A stretch of 64,000 bases of DNA from an uncultured Anaerolineales bacterium (GCA_937928795.1 CALFWB010000073.1:1521-65520), one strand, 5' to 3'. Numbered from the stretch's first letter, positions 50,358-59,838 are shown. The notes: generated by a model from the letters alone, not told the origin. Numbers and translations: made by a program.

Positions 50358-50648
50358 TTAACACCCTTGTCGCTCGACAACCCTTTCGCAGGGCGAAGCC
50401 GCAAAGATCTCAACCACACCCGCTTGCTGGAAGGGCTGCAGGTATTCTTCTACCTTCTCTTGGTTTTCTGCCTCTAGGATCAAGACCAGCGTATGCGCTC
50501 CATCGAGGACGGCATCGCCGTGAATTTGGATGCCGAAGCGTTGAGCTTGGGCTGGGCTGAGATGCTGCAAGAGCATTGAACCCATTTGCGGGTCTTTGGC
50601 AGGGCAATGATCGGGAGCATGTTGATGGCGAACAAAATAGAGTGACAT
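50358..50648 (-). CDS. hypothetical small protein (96 aa) inside the cysteine cluster
   Basis: ATG at 50648 with GGAGG 8 nt upstream. Cys residues at HAPDHCPAKD and at the C-terminal SPCERVVERQGC. No family recognised. Confidence 0.5.
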   Translation of the reverse strand: MSLYFVRHQHAPDHCPAKDPQMGSMLLQHLSPAQAQRFGIQIHGDAVLDGAHTLVLILEAENQEKVEEYLQPFQQAGVVEIFAASPCERVVERQGC

Positions 50649-50675
50649 GGAAAACCTCCTTAACAAAAAATGGGT

Positions 50676-51164
50676 TTAGGGTGCATTGGCTGCAGACTGT
50701 GTGAAAGGCTCGACCGAGGAAGGAGATGACACTCTGGGGAGAATCTCCAGGGCAATTTCATCGAATGCCGATCGGTCTGAGCGCAACAGCCACACGCGAT
50801 GATGGTCAGCTTTACCTCGCTTGACAGTTGTAATCAGATAGACAAAATAGGGCAAAGCCCATTGACGGTCGAACTCGGAAGGGCAGTTCGGCGAGTCGGG
50901 ATGCGAATGGAAAACGCCCAGCACGTCCAATCCTGCCTGGACAGCCTGACGTTCAGCTTGTGCGTAATCCTCAGGGGTGATCAGGAAGCGATTGTGGCGC
51001 GCTTCAGCTTCGCGGGCGTTGGGGAGTGGGAGAACTTTCCGCACCCAGCGCCGCTCGCCTTGAATCTCCCCGATGAGAAAACCAGCTCCTTCATCAGGGT
51101 AGGCGGTTTCGAGATGAAGGGATAACTCTTCCAATAATTCAGTAGGTAATAAAAGGGCGGTCAT
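50676..51164 (-). CDS. mec: JAMM/MPN+ metalloprotease (Mec-like)
   Basis: HSHPDSPNCPSEFD JAMM motif with an upstream Glu (YPDEGAGFLIG). I prefer the ATG at 51164 over the GTG at 51173. Confidence 0.85.
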   Translation of the reverse strand: MTALLLPTELLEELSLHLETAYPDEGAGFLIGEIQGERRWVRKVLPLPNAREAEARHNRFLITPEDYAQAERQAVQAGLDVLGVFHSHPDSPNCPSEFDRQWALPYFVYLITTVKRGKADHHRVWLLRSDRSAFDEIALEILPRVSSPSSVEPFTQSAANAP

Positions 51165-51202
51165 CGGTTGCACCTCTGCAGTTCAATGTTCGACGGCAGA
51201 AC

Positions 51203-52168
51203 TCAACTGGCCCATAGGGCTTTATCGCTCAAGTACTTATAGCCCGCGTCAGGAAATATCGTTACGACTTGACCACCTTCCAGTTGCTCAGCAACGCGGA
51301 TGGCAGCCACGGCGGCTGCGCCCGCTGAGATGCCCACAAACAACCCCTCTTCACGGGCAAGACGGCGCACCATCTGATAAGCCTCTTCCGTTTCAATCGG
51401 GATCGTCTGGTCAATGAGGGAGTCATCAAAGATGCCCGGACGGATAGCGGTGGGCATGTGCTTTAGACCTTCAAGCCCATGGAAAGGGCTGCTGGGTTGA
51501 ACCGCAATCAGTTGAATGCCTGATGAAACCTCACGCAGATAGCGCCCGGCGCCGATTAAGGTGCCGCTGGTGCCAAGGCCGGCAACCAAATGGGTGACAC
51601 AACCTTGGGTCTGGTGGAAGATTTCTGGACCCGTGGTGCAATAGTGCGCTTGCCAGTTAGCCGGGTTATCATATTGGTTGGCATAATAGTATCTTTCCGG
51701 ATGCTGAGCAGCCATTTGTCGAGCAATGCGGATAGCGCCATCGGAGCCTTCAGAAGGATCTGAGAGGATCAACTCGGCTCCCAAAGCTTTGAGGATTGCA
51801 ATCCGTTCGGGGCTGGCATTGGCAGGCACGATCAGGGTCACCGGGATGCCCAGAGCTGCGCCGAAGGTGGCATAGGCAATGCCCATATTCCCAGAAGTCG
51901 AATCCAATAATCTCTTGCCACCGCCGAGTTTCCCCTCAGCTAGTGCCATGCGCAGGATATTCAAGGCTGGGCGATCTTTGATTGATCCGCCAGGGTTGAA
52001 CCATTCGGCTTTGGCAAGCACCTGAACAGTGGCGGGCAGGTGAGTTGTCACACGACGCAAGGGAATCAAAGGGGTATTGCCAACGAGGGTTTCTAAGCTC
52101 CGCACCGTTGGCAGCGATGAAAGCGTCACACTTGCTTGAAAAAGGTTTTGCGAAGTCTGGATGTCCAT
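51203..52168 (-). CDS. cysM: PLP-dependent cysteine synthase (CysM/CysK family)
   Basis: NPGGSIKDRPA, TSGNMGIA and GLGTSGTLIG motifs. Confidence 0.85.
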   Translation of the reverse strand: MDIQTSQNLFQASVTLSSLPTVRSLETLVGNTPLIPLRRVTTHLPATVQVLAKAEWFNPGGSIKDRPALNILRMALAEGKLGGGKRLLDSTSGNMGIAYATFGAALGIPVTLIVPANASPERIAILKALGAELILSDPSEGSDGAIRIARQMAAQHPERYYYANQYDNPANWQAHYCTTGPEIFHQTQGCVTHLVAGLGTSGTLIGAGRYLREVSSGIQLIAVQPSSPFHGLEGLKHMPTAIRPGIFDDSLIDQTIPIETEEAYQMVRRLAREEGLFVGISAGAAAVAAIRVAEQLEGGQVVTIFPDAGYKYLSDKALWAS

Positions 52169-52441
52169 TTTACTGCTCCTTTAGGGCGATCCATTAAACA
52201 AAATTGCCAACAAAAAAGAAACGCTGATTACCAGTTCCCGAATTTTGGATGCGGGGTGGTAACCACCGCTTCGATTTTGTTGGCAATGGATGATCGAAAA
52301 GGCCAGCCGCGCGGTGGTTACTTCCCCCGCCGGCTACACATGCAGTTTATTAGAAGAGCGCCTTCGACCATTTTGATTTCCGATAATATTTGTATTAATT
52401 ATAGGGGATAAGTGCGACTTGTCAAGGGTGAAATGGTTTCT
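52169..52441 (-). promoter_or_regulatory. candidate structured 5' leader of cysM with mutually exclusive pairings
   Basis: In plus-strand coordinates, GCGGGGTGGT (52251-52260), AACCACCGC (52261-52269) and GCGGTGGTTA (52311-52320) can pair alternatively. A 12-bp long-range pair joins TTGCCAACAAAA (52204-) and TTTTGTTGGCAA (52275-). Confidence 0.3.
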
Positions 52442-52519
52442 GTGTCCACGCAAAAGTTGTAGGACAACTCAATGAGTTATCCTACAAAGCAATGTTGCCA
52501 ACAATTTTTGAGTGCACAC
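52442..52519 (-). repeat. 78-bp MITE-like palindromic element, copy 4 (inverted orientation)
   Basis: GTGTCCACGCAAAAGTTGTAGGACAACTCAATGAGTTATCCTACAAAGCAATGTTGCCAACAATTTTTGAGTGCACAC. Confidence 0.85.
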
Positions 52520-52707
52520 TTGTTTCGGGATTGCCCACATCTTGGCACAGCCCGATCCGGCGGACTAAAAAGTCAGATCAATTCGCCTCGGGGCGCCAGC
52601 CCAAAGGGCTTCTATCTGTTGAACAAGCGGACCTTAGCCCCGCGATTCTGCGGGTGTCTCTATTGCACAATCTGCGGATAAGAACAGCCGCTCTGTCAAT
52701 GCTTATT

Positions 52708-53304
52708 TTATCCCTCTGCCCGCAAAATGGCTAAGGTTGCCAATAGGGCAACTAATTGTAAAAGATCGACGTCTTCTTGCTTAAAAGGTTCGCCGCTGAT
52801 GGTATTTACGACCTCAATGGCGCCCAGCGTCCGATCTCGATAAATCAGCGGCACACAAATCAGCGAAAGGGTCATGAACCCGGTCATCTTATCCACTAAA
52901 GGGGAGAAAAGCGGCTCGGCGCGGGCATCTAAGACCAACTTTGGGGTACGGCTGGCGACCACCCAACTGGCAATTCCCTCTCCAGGCGGCAGGCGGTAAT
53001 TGGTCAATGTCTTCTGGGCAGCCCCCAAGACCAAAACAAAGACCAGTTCGTTGGTCTCTTCATCGAGCAACATCAGAGAACCGTCTTTGGAGTTAACCGC
53101 TTCCAACGCAGTGCTCAGGATGAGATGGATGAGGTCAAAGGGGTTGGATTGCGGGGTGATCATTTCGATCTTGTTTTGCAAACGCACCAAAGAGCGCATA
53201 GCCTGGCGCAGGCGGCTAATTTCCTCGCGTAATTCTTGGTTCTCTTGTTTCAAGCGCGTATATTGGCTAACCAGCTCCCGCAGAGCATCATTGGGCAGCG
53301 TCAT
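52708..53304 (-). CDS. GAF domain protein with an N-terminal coiled coil
   Basis: An N-terminal heptad-like segment (LKQENQELREEISRLRQAMRSL) is followed by a GAF-like fold (DGSLMLLDEETNELVF...CVPLIYRDRTLGAIEV). Confidence 0.75.
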   Translation of the reverse strand: MTLPNDALRELVSQYTRLKQENQELREEISRLRQAMRSLVRLQNKIEMITPQSNPFDLIHLILSTALEAVNSKDGSLMLLDEETNELVFVLVLGAAQKTLTNYRLPPGEGIASWVVASRTPKLVLDARAEPLFSPLVDKMTGFMTLSLICVPLIYRDRTLGAIEVVNTISGEPFKQEDVDLLQLVALLATLAILRAEG

Positions 53305-53903
53305 CCATCCCTCCTTCTATCGTTAGCATAGAAACCAATCTTTTGGATAGCCTTATTGGTTTGCGGCTATCTAAATTCATCGATTTCCTCCTTTTTTCAA
53401 CCTTATCCTACAAACGGATCAGGTCAGCAGGGCTCAAGCCACCTGCTCAGCGCATGAAAGCCCTTCAGGCTTGGCGCTAAGTCGGATGGCTCCGACTTTC
53501 ATGTACTGAGGCAGGACTTCAGTCCAACAAACCGGTGAGCAAAGCACCGCGGCTGAACAGTTATCTTAAATTTTTATTATACCAGATAATCGAAAACAGA
53601 TGTTCGTTTTTGGGCAAGGGGCAGGCTGGAACAGCTTCCCGCAACGCAGGCTTCAGCCTACTTCTCGTTCGCACAAGCTGAAACTTATGTTACAGTAGCC
53701 GTGCTTTAGGCTCGCAAAAGATAGCCTTTGCGCTCCCAATCTTAGCATCCCTCCCCGACATCAACTACCCCTTTTTGTGTCGAGACGCATCTTTGGCTGG
53801 AAGCACACCGAGAAATGCCCTAGCTTCTTTGCCTATCCCGCCTTCAAACGGTGCTACCGTGGGATTTTCGACAAAAAATGAGGTATGCTCTGCAAAAGAA
53901 GGA

Positions 53904-54848
53904 CTAGCCTAAGCGGATGCGCGGGTCTAGGATGGCGTATAAAATATCGGCGATCAAGTTGGATAAGGCAAATCCCAAAACAGCTACCATCGTCACGGCT
54001 TGCAATAAGGGCAAGTCGCGGCGGTCGATGGCAAAGACCATTAGGCGCCCCAAGCCCGGATAGTTAAAGACGTTTTCGATCACAATTAAGCCACTAATGA
54101 GCCACCCCATGCTAATTGCCACGACCGTAATGGTCGGGATCAGCGCATTACGCAGCACATGTTTGTAGATCACCGTCCGATATGGCAAGCCCTTCAGGTC
54201 CGCAGTGCGCACGTATTGTTGTTTGAGTTCTTCGATCACCCCGGCGCGCGTCAGGCGGGCGATGTAAGCAAGTAAGACAAGCGTCGCCGTCAGGGCCGGC
54301 AGGATCAACATCGGCAATGCTTCGACAAAAGAGGTTGTGGGGCGGATCGAGGAATTAGCTGGGAATAACCGCAGACGAAAGGAAAAGATTTGGATCAACA
54401 CTAACCCCGTGACAAACTCGGGCAAGCCGACCACAGCCAAAGAGGCAATGCTAATTGCATTGTCAATGGGTTTATTTTCATTTAAGCCTGCTACGACTCC
54501 GAGAAAAATCGCCAACGGCACAGAGATGACCAAAATAAACCCCGCCAACATCAGAGAATTACGCAGGCGTCCCATAACGAGGGGACGAATTTCCGTTTTT
54601 GTGCTGTAGGACTTGCCCCACTCGCCTTTGACAAAATTTGTCAACCAACGGGTATATTGAACGGGTAAAGGATCATTAAGGCCGAGTTCTTCGCGGAGGG
54701 CTTGCAAGGCAGCTTCTCCTGCCTCGCGGCCGAGGATCACCCGCGCCACATCGCCGGGCAACAACTGCGTCACCACGAACACAACCATAGACGTGATGAG
54801 TAAGGTCAAAATGAGGAAGCCGAATCGGCGCAGTAAATACTTCAACAT
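53904..54848 (-). CDS. ABC transporter permease (DppB/OppB-like)
   Basis: MLKYLLRRFGFLILTLLITSMVVFV N-terminus and the conserved YVRTADLKGLPYRTVIYKHVLRNALIP loop. Confidence 0.9.
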   Translation of the reverse strand: MLKYLLRRFGFLILTLLITSMVVFVVTQLLPGDVARVILGREAGEAALQALREELGLNDPLPVQYTRWLTNFVKGEWGKSYSTKTEIRPLVMGRLRNSLMLAGFILVISVPLAIFLGVVAGLNENKPIDNAISIASLAVVGLPEFVTGLVLIQIFSFRLRLFPANSSIRPTTSFVEALPMLILPALTATLVLLAYIARLTRAGVIEELKQQYVRTADLKGLPYRTVIYKHVLRNALIPTITVVAISMGWLISGLIVIENVFNYPGLGRLMVFAIDRRDLPLLQAVTMVAVLGFALSNLIADILYAILDPRIRLG

Positions 54849-54853
54849 CTTGT

Positions 54854-56950
54854 TTACAGTCCTGAGTAGCGGGTCTTAGATTGAAGTTGACTCAACTCTT
54901 CCAGCGTGTAATGGCAATAGATGCGCTTTTGGGTGCTTTCGTCAATCCGCCAGGGAGGCGCTTGCTGTTCGCAAATCTGGCCGATTTTACGCGGGCAGCG
55001 GGAATGGAAAGGACAGCCTTCGATGGTTTCACTCGGGCTGGGTAAGTCGCCTTCCAAGCGGATAGCTTCAACTTTACGGCCTAGCTCCACCGACGGTACC
55101 GCCGAGAGTAACGCTTCGGTATAAGGGTGAAAGGGTGGCTGAAACAGGTCCGCTGCCCGACAAAGTTGCATCAGTGCCCCTAAATAGATCACCGCAATTT
55201 GGTCAGCTAGGTAGCCCACAACCGCCAAGTCATGGGAGATGAACAGCAACCCATTATGAAAAGACCCCTGCAAGCGGTTGATCAGGTTGAGGATTGCCGC
55301 TTGAACTGAAACGTCTAAAGAGGAAACCGGCTCATCCGCAATGACAATATCGGGATTGGTGATAAAAGCGCGCGCAATAGCAATGCGCTGCTTTTCACCG
55401 CCGCTGAGCTGGTTCGGACGGCGGTTCAGCACCTCCACGGGCAGTTGCACAGCTTGCACCATCTCTTCTGCTTTGCGTTGAGCTTCCTCTCCGCGAATGC
55501 CTTGCAAAACGAACAATTGTCGCCGTAAGGACTCGCCCACTGTCATGAAAGGGTTCAAGGCTTCTTCGGGATTCTGAAACACCATTTGCAAGCGGCGCAG
55601 AACTTCACGGTTGCGCTGCGAGAGTTTTGGCGAGGCAGGCAAGCCATAAATGCGAATGCTTCCCGCTTCGGGCTCATTGAGCCCGCTGATGGCACGCGCA
55701 AGGCTGGTCTTGCCGCTGCCGCTCTCCCCCACCAAACCGAGGGTGTCCCCGGGTTGGATTTGAATACTAACATTCTTAACCGCCTTAACCTTGCGCGCCG
55801 GACGACGAGTGATGGACTCAAAGAAAGAACGCTGCCCTTCAAACTCCACCACTATCCCTTGAGCGTCCAAGGCAGAAGCTGTACCCTTTTCTGATGAGAT
55901 CGGCACAGCCATGCTCATTGCCTCACCTTCCGCTTCAAAAAGCGCCTCAAGGGCGATTTCGCCCTGCGCAATTTCTTGCCAACGATAGCAACGGGTTAAG
56001 TGTTGTTCGTTGACCTTCTCCAAAGGCGGGCGTTCGGAACAGATCTCTAAAGCAATTGGGCATCTTGCTTGGAAAATGCAACCTTGCCCACGCTGAGATA
56101 GGGCCGGAATCTGCCCTGGGATAGCGCTCAAGGCTTGTTCGCTCTTACTCTGACCGAGCTTAGGCACACTCATTAGCAGCCCATGCGTATAAGGATGCAT
56201 TGGTTGAGAGAAAAGCTCTTCGAGCGGTGCGTCTTCTACCAACTCGCCAGCGTATAAAACCGCCACACGATGGCAAAGCTCAACCACCACCCCTAAGTTG
56301 TGGGTCACATAGAGCACTGCCATCTCTCGACCCTGGATCAATTCCTTGATCAGGTCAAGAATTGAGGCTTGCGTGGTCACGTCTAAGCTCGTTGTCGGCT
56401 CATCGAGGATCAGCAAACGCGGGGAAGTTGCCAAAGCCATAGCGATCATCACCCGCTGTTGCATTCCACCGCTAATTTGATGCGGGTACGCACGCGCTAC
56501 CCGCTCGGGTTCGGCAAGCCGCACGCGCTCAAAAAGCTCCAACACTTTTTGTTGAGCTTCTATATTGGTCATCTTCAAGTGCAGACGCAGAACTTCGCGC
56601 ACTTGTTCTCCAACTGTTAGCGTTGGGTTTAGAGAGGAGAGCGGATTTTGAGGCACTAAAGCGATTTTACTGCCCCAATAAGCGCGCATTTTTTCTCGAG
56701 GATAGCGGCTAATCTCCTCTCCGTCAAAAACGATCGAGCCTTTGAGGATTTTGCCGTTCTCCCCCAAATAATTTAAGATTGACATGGCTAAGGTCGTCTT
56801 GCCAGAGCCGCTTTCTCCCACCAAACCATAAATCTGGCGGCTCTGAATCGCTAAGTTGATGTCGCGAATCGCCTCTAGCCAACGATCACCAATGCGATAG
56901 GCAACCGTCAGATCGTTTACCTCTAAAACTGGTTGTTCATTGCTCGTCAT
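54854..56950 (-). CDS. fused double ATPase of a peptide/nickel-type ABC transporter (DppD-DppF fusion)
   Basis: Two Walker A motifs (GESGSGKT twice) and two signatures (ISGGMQQR, LSGGEKQR). Each half is followed by a Cys-rich oligopeptide-transporter C-terminal segment. Confidence 0.9.
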   Translation of the reverse strand: MTSNEQPVLEVNDLTVAYRIGDRWLEAIRDINLAIQSRQIYGLVGESGSGKTTLAMSILNYLGENGKILKGSIVFDGEEISRYPREKMRAYWGSKIALVPQNPLSSLNPTLTVGEQVREVLRLHLKMTNIEAQQKVLELFERVRLAEPERVARAYPHQISGGMQQRVMIAMALATSPRLLILDEPTTSLDVTTQASILDLIKELIQGREMAVLYVTHNLGVVVELCHRVAVLYAGELVEDAPLEELFSQPMHPYTHGLLMSVPKLGQSKSEQALSAIPGQIPALSQRGQGCIFQARCPIALEICSERPPLEKVNEQHLTRCYRWQEIAQGEIALEALFEAEGEAMSMAVPISSEKGTASALDAQGIVVEFEGQRSFFESITRRPARKVKAVKNVSIQIQPGDTLGLVGESGSGKTSLARAISGLNEPEAGSIRIYGLPASPKLSQRNREVLRRLQMVFQNPEEALNPFMTVGESLRRQLFVLQGIRGEEAQRKAEEMVQAVQLPVEVLNRRPNQLSGGEKQRIAIARAFITNPDIVIADEPVSSLDVSVQAAILNLINRLQGSFHNGLLFISHDLAVVGYLADQIAVIYLGALMQLCRAADLFQPPFHPYTEALLSAVPSVELGRKVEAIRLEGDLPSPSETIEGCPFHSRCPRKIGQICEQQAPPWRIDESTQKRIYCHYTLEELSQLQSKTRYSGL

Positions 56951-56952
56951 GG

Positions 56953-57870
56953 CTACTTAGACTCCAACAAAACTCGCTTGACTCCATCCGCTAGAAGGTT
57001 AATCCCAATCACCACGATGGCGATCGCCGCAGCCGGGTAATACATCGTCCAGGGCATTTGATTGACATTGTTGCGCGCCTCGCGCACCATCAGACCCCAG
57101 TCGGGGCTAGGTGGCTGAACGCCGACTCCTAGAAAGCCGAGAGAAGCGACCAAGAAGATCGCATAGGAAAAGCGCAAGGCAGCTTCGACCGCTAAGGCCG
57201 GCAAGACCGACGGCAGAATCTCCCGAAAAAGGATATAAGCCAAATTCTCACCTCTCAACCGAGCCGCTTCGATGAAGCCGCGCTGCCGCACCGAGAGCAC
57301 CACACTGCGCACCACCCGCGCAACAATCGGAGTATAAACAATGATGATGACCAATAAAACACTGTTTTTTGAAGGCCCTAAGGTGCCAAGCAGCAATAAA
57401 GCCAATAAAAGTAAGGGCATGGCCAGCAAGCCATCGAAGATGCGCATTAGAACCTCATCAAACCAGCCGCCGATGTAGCCACTTGCTAAACCGATGGTGG
57501 TGCCAAAAAAGACAGCCACCAGCGTGCCGAAACCGGCTAAGGTGAGAATCTCGCGTGCCCCGAAGACAACACGGCTGAAAACATCGCGCCCCAAATTATC
57601 CGTGCCAAACCAATGCTTTGGAGATGGAGGCTGCCCAGCGTCGCTAACGATTTGCTCGTTAATGCCATAGGGAGCAATGAGCGGCCCAAAAATGGCTAAG
57701 AATAGAAAGAAGATGAAAATAAAGAGCCCCAAGGCGGAAGCCGGCTTGGAGGTCAGGGCGATGAAAAAGTTCTTAATACCAACAAGAGATGCACTGATCT
57801 CTTGGTTGGGGGCAGGACGAGACCGTCCTGCCCCTTCGATTTTCTCTGAAACCGTGATGCCCTCCTTCAT
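56953..57870 (-). CDS. ABC transporter permease (DppC/OppC-like)
   Basis: FIEAARLRGENLAYILFREILPSVLP conserved loop, 6 TM. Confidence 0.9.
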   Translation of the reverse strand: MKEGITVSEKIEGAGRSRPAPNQEISASLVGIKNFFIALTSKPASALGLFIFIFFLFLAIFGPLIAPYGINEQIVSDAGQPPSPKHWFGTDNLGRDVFSRVVFGAREILTLAGFGTLVAVFFGTTIGLASGYIGGWFDEVLMRIFDGLLAMPLLLLALLLLGTLGPSKNSVLLVIIIVYTPIVARVVRSVVLSVRQRGFIEAARLRGENLAYILFREILPSVLPALAVEAALRFSYAIFLVASLGFLGVGVQPPSPDWGLMVREARNNVNQMPWTMYYPAAAIAIVVIGINLLADGVKRVLLESK

Positions 57871-57884
57871 ATTGATTTCTTAAG

Positions 57885-59522
57885 CTATTCCTGAAGGAAG
57901 ACTGTCCTTAGGTCTGATCTGCCTGGGAAGGACTTCAGCACAAAGCCTTGGAAGTTGGAGCGAATGGCAGCCAGTTGCGTATAGAAGTAAGGCACAATAA
58001 TCGGGCCGCGTTCGATTAAAATTCGTTGAATATCTTTGTACGCTTGCACCCGCTCTTCTTCGTTCAGGGTGCTGCCGGCTAAGGTTGCCAAGCGGTCGAA
58101 CTCTTCGTCACAAAAGCGCGATTCGTTCCAAACTGCGCCACATTTCAGCATCACATCCAAATAGAATTGCGGATAAGGGCGCGAACCCCAGCTTGTAATC
58201 CCCAGATCGACCTCTAACCAGCCGTTCTCACCATAATAGACGCTTTCGGGTTCAATGAAGGTATTTACATCGACCCCAATTTCTGCCCATTGGTTCTTTA
58301 GGACGACTGCCAACTCAGGTCGATCGCGGGTATCGGGTGTATGCAAATCGATCGAGAAGCCATTGGGATAACCCGCTTCGGCGAGGAGTTTCTTGGCTGC
58401 TTCCACGTCCTTCTTGGGCAGTGGAAATTCCTCACTGTAGTAATTGGTGAACATTGGCCCAATCGGACTATCGCGGCCGATGCGGCCAAAACCTTCCATC
58501 ACCAGTTGGTAAATGGCATCGCGATCCAAGCCCAGTTTCAGCGCTTGAATGACGCGCACATCGTTGCCCGGCGCCCGATCCGATCGAATGCGAATGACAT
58601 CGAACTCATTTGTCGCTGCGTCGATCAAGGTGATGCCCGCTTCACCCTGTAGGCTCTTATATAAGTCGGTCGACAAGTTGAGTACCAGATCAACCTGCCC
58701 ACCGCGCAGAGCGGCTACCATGGCTGTCAGGTCGGAGAAGAAGATGACTTCTACGCCTTCCAGTTTGGGCTGACCCTCAACAAAGTAGTTTTCATTCGCT
58801 TGCAGGACCAAGCGATCTTCTGGGCTGTATTCGACAACCTTGAAGGGACCGGTACCATTGAAATTGGTTGGCTCTTGGGTGTTGGCTTTGAGAATGCCGG
58901 CGTGATTATCGCTCAGGTCGAACAGGAAGAAGGGATTCGATTGTTTGAGTTTGAAGGTAACTTCCAAATCCCCTGTCGCCTCAATGGTGTCGATATTAGC
59001 ATATAGGTTCGCTGTGGGATAGCCTGAGTCGGGATTGCGCAAGCGATCGAATGTCCAAACCACATCGGCTGCAGTGAGGGGAGAACCATCGTGGAAGGTA
59101 ACCCCTTCTTCTAGTTGAAAGACATAGGTCAATCCATCCTCACTGACCGTCCAGCTCTTGGCAAGTCGCTGAACGATTCTGTTTTCGGGAGTGACATCGA
59201 CCAGATAATCGAAGATATGGTTTAAGGCAAAAATCTCCGGATCGGACTGCATTAAGGCTGGATCGGTCTGATAAAGGGGCTGCATGGCAACGCGCAGCAC
59301 ACCGCGCCGTTCCATTCCTGCAGATGGCTCTTGCGGAACTGTTGTTTCAGCAGGTTGCGCAGGTTGAGCGGGAGCTTCGGTTGCCGGGGCAGATGGGGGT
59401 TGAGTGGCTGGCGGTGCAGCCGTGGGTTGCCCTCCACAGGCTTGTAAGAGAAGGACGCCTAAAAGGGCGATGGTCAGGATGGCTTTTAAGGTCTTTTGAG
59501 TTGGCATAAGACTTCTCCTCAA
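57885..59522 (-). CDS. ABC transporter substrate-binding lipoprotein, family 5 (peptide/nickel)
   Basis: Lipobox LLLQAC, a Pro/Ala/Thr-rich linker, then a family-5 SBP length and pattern. Confidence 0.85.
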   Translation of the reverse strand: MRRSLMPTQKTLKAILTIALLGVLLLQACGGQPTAAPPATQPPSAPATEAPAQPAQPAETTVPQEPSAGMERRGVLRVAMQPLYQTDPALMQSDPEIFALNHIFDYLVDVTPENRIVQRLAKSWTVSEDGLTYVFQLEEGVTFHDGSPLTAADVVWTFDRLRNPDSGYPTANLYANIDTIEATGDLEVTFKLKQSNPFFLFDLSDNHAGILKANTQEPTNFNGTGPFKVVEYSPEDRLVLQANENYFVEGQPKLEGVEVIFFSDLTAMVAALRGGQVDLVLNLSTDLYKSLQGEAGITLIDAATNEFDVIRIRSDRAPGNDVRVIQALKLGLDRDAIYQLVMEGFGRIGRDSPIGPMFTNYYSEEFPLPKKDVEAAKKLLAEAGYPNGFSIDLHTPDTRDRPELAVVLKNQWAEIGVDVNTFIEPESVYYGENGWLEVDLGITSWGSRPYPQFYLDVMLKCGAVWNESRFCDEEFDRLATLAGSTLNEEERVQAYKDIQRILIERGPIIVPYFYTQLAAIRSNFQGFVLKSFPGRSDLRTVFLQE

Positions 59523-59838
59523 AGATGTATGATGATTTGGATCGCTGGCAAGGGATTTGGTTTAAGGCTCTTTTCTGTTTTTCACCTCCTTATGCATCAA
59601 AAGATCATAGATTGTTTAGGGATCGATTTTTCCATAGACCCACCCGCATGATTTCACCTCAACGCCACAATGGTCTATACGGCTTCACGATGGTATGCAG
59701 CTAAACACCATTCCAAACGGATCTCTCGCTAAAAAAGAGAGATCTATAACAATTGGTGGTTTGGTCTTTTCCGAAATTATACTATAATTTAGGATGGATT
59801 TCGCCCTACAGCAAGGTTAAGATTTTAGGAGAGGCTCG

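Noticed and set aside
52169-52441. Assigning the cysM leader to the T-box, SAM-I or another named riboswitch class.
   Set aside because: The GGUGGUUACC core differs from the T-box consensus. UGGU would match a discriminator A, not the U73 of tRNA-Cys. I found no specifier-loop, GA-motif or SAM-I conserved junction sequences. It is kept only as an unclassified structured leader.
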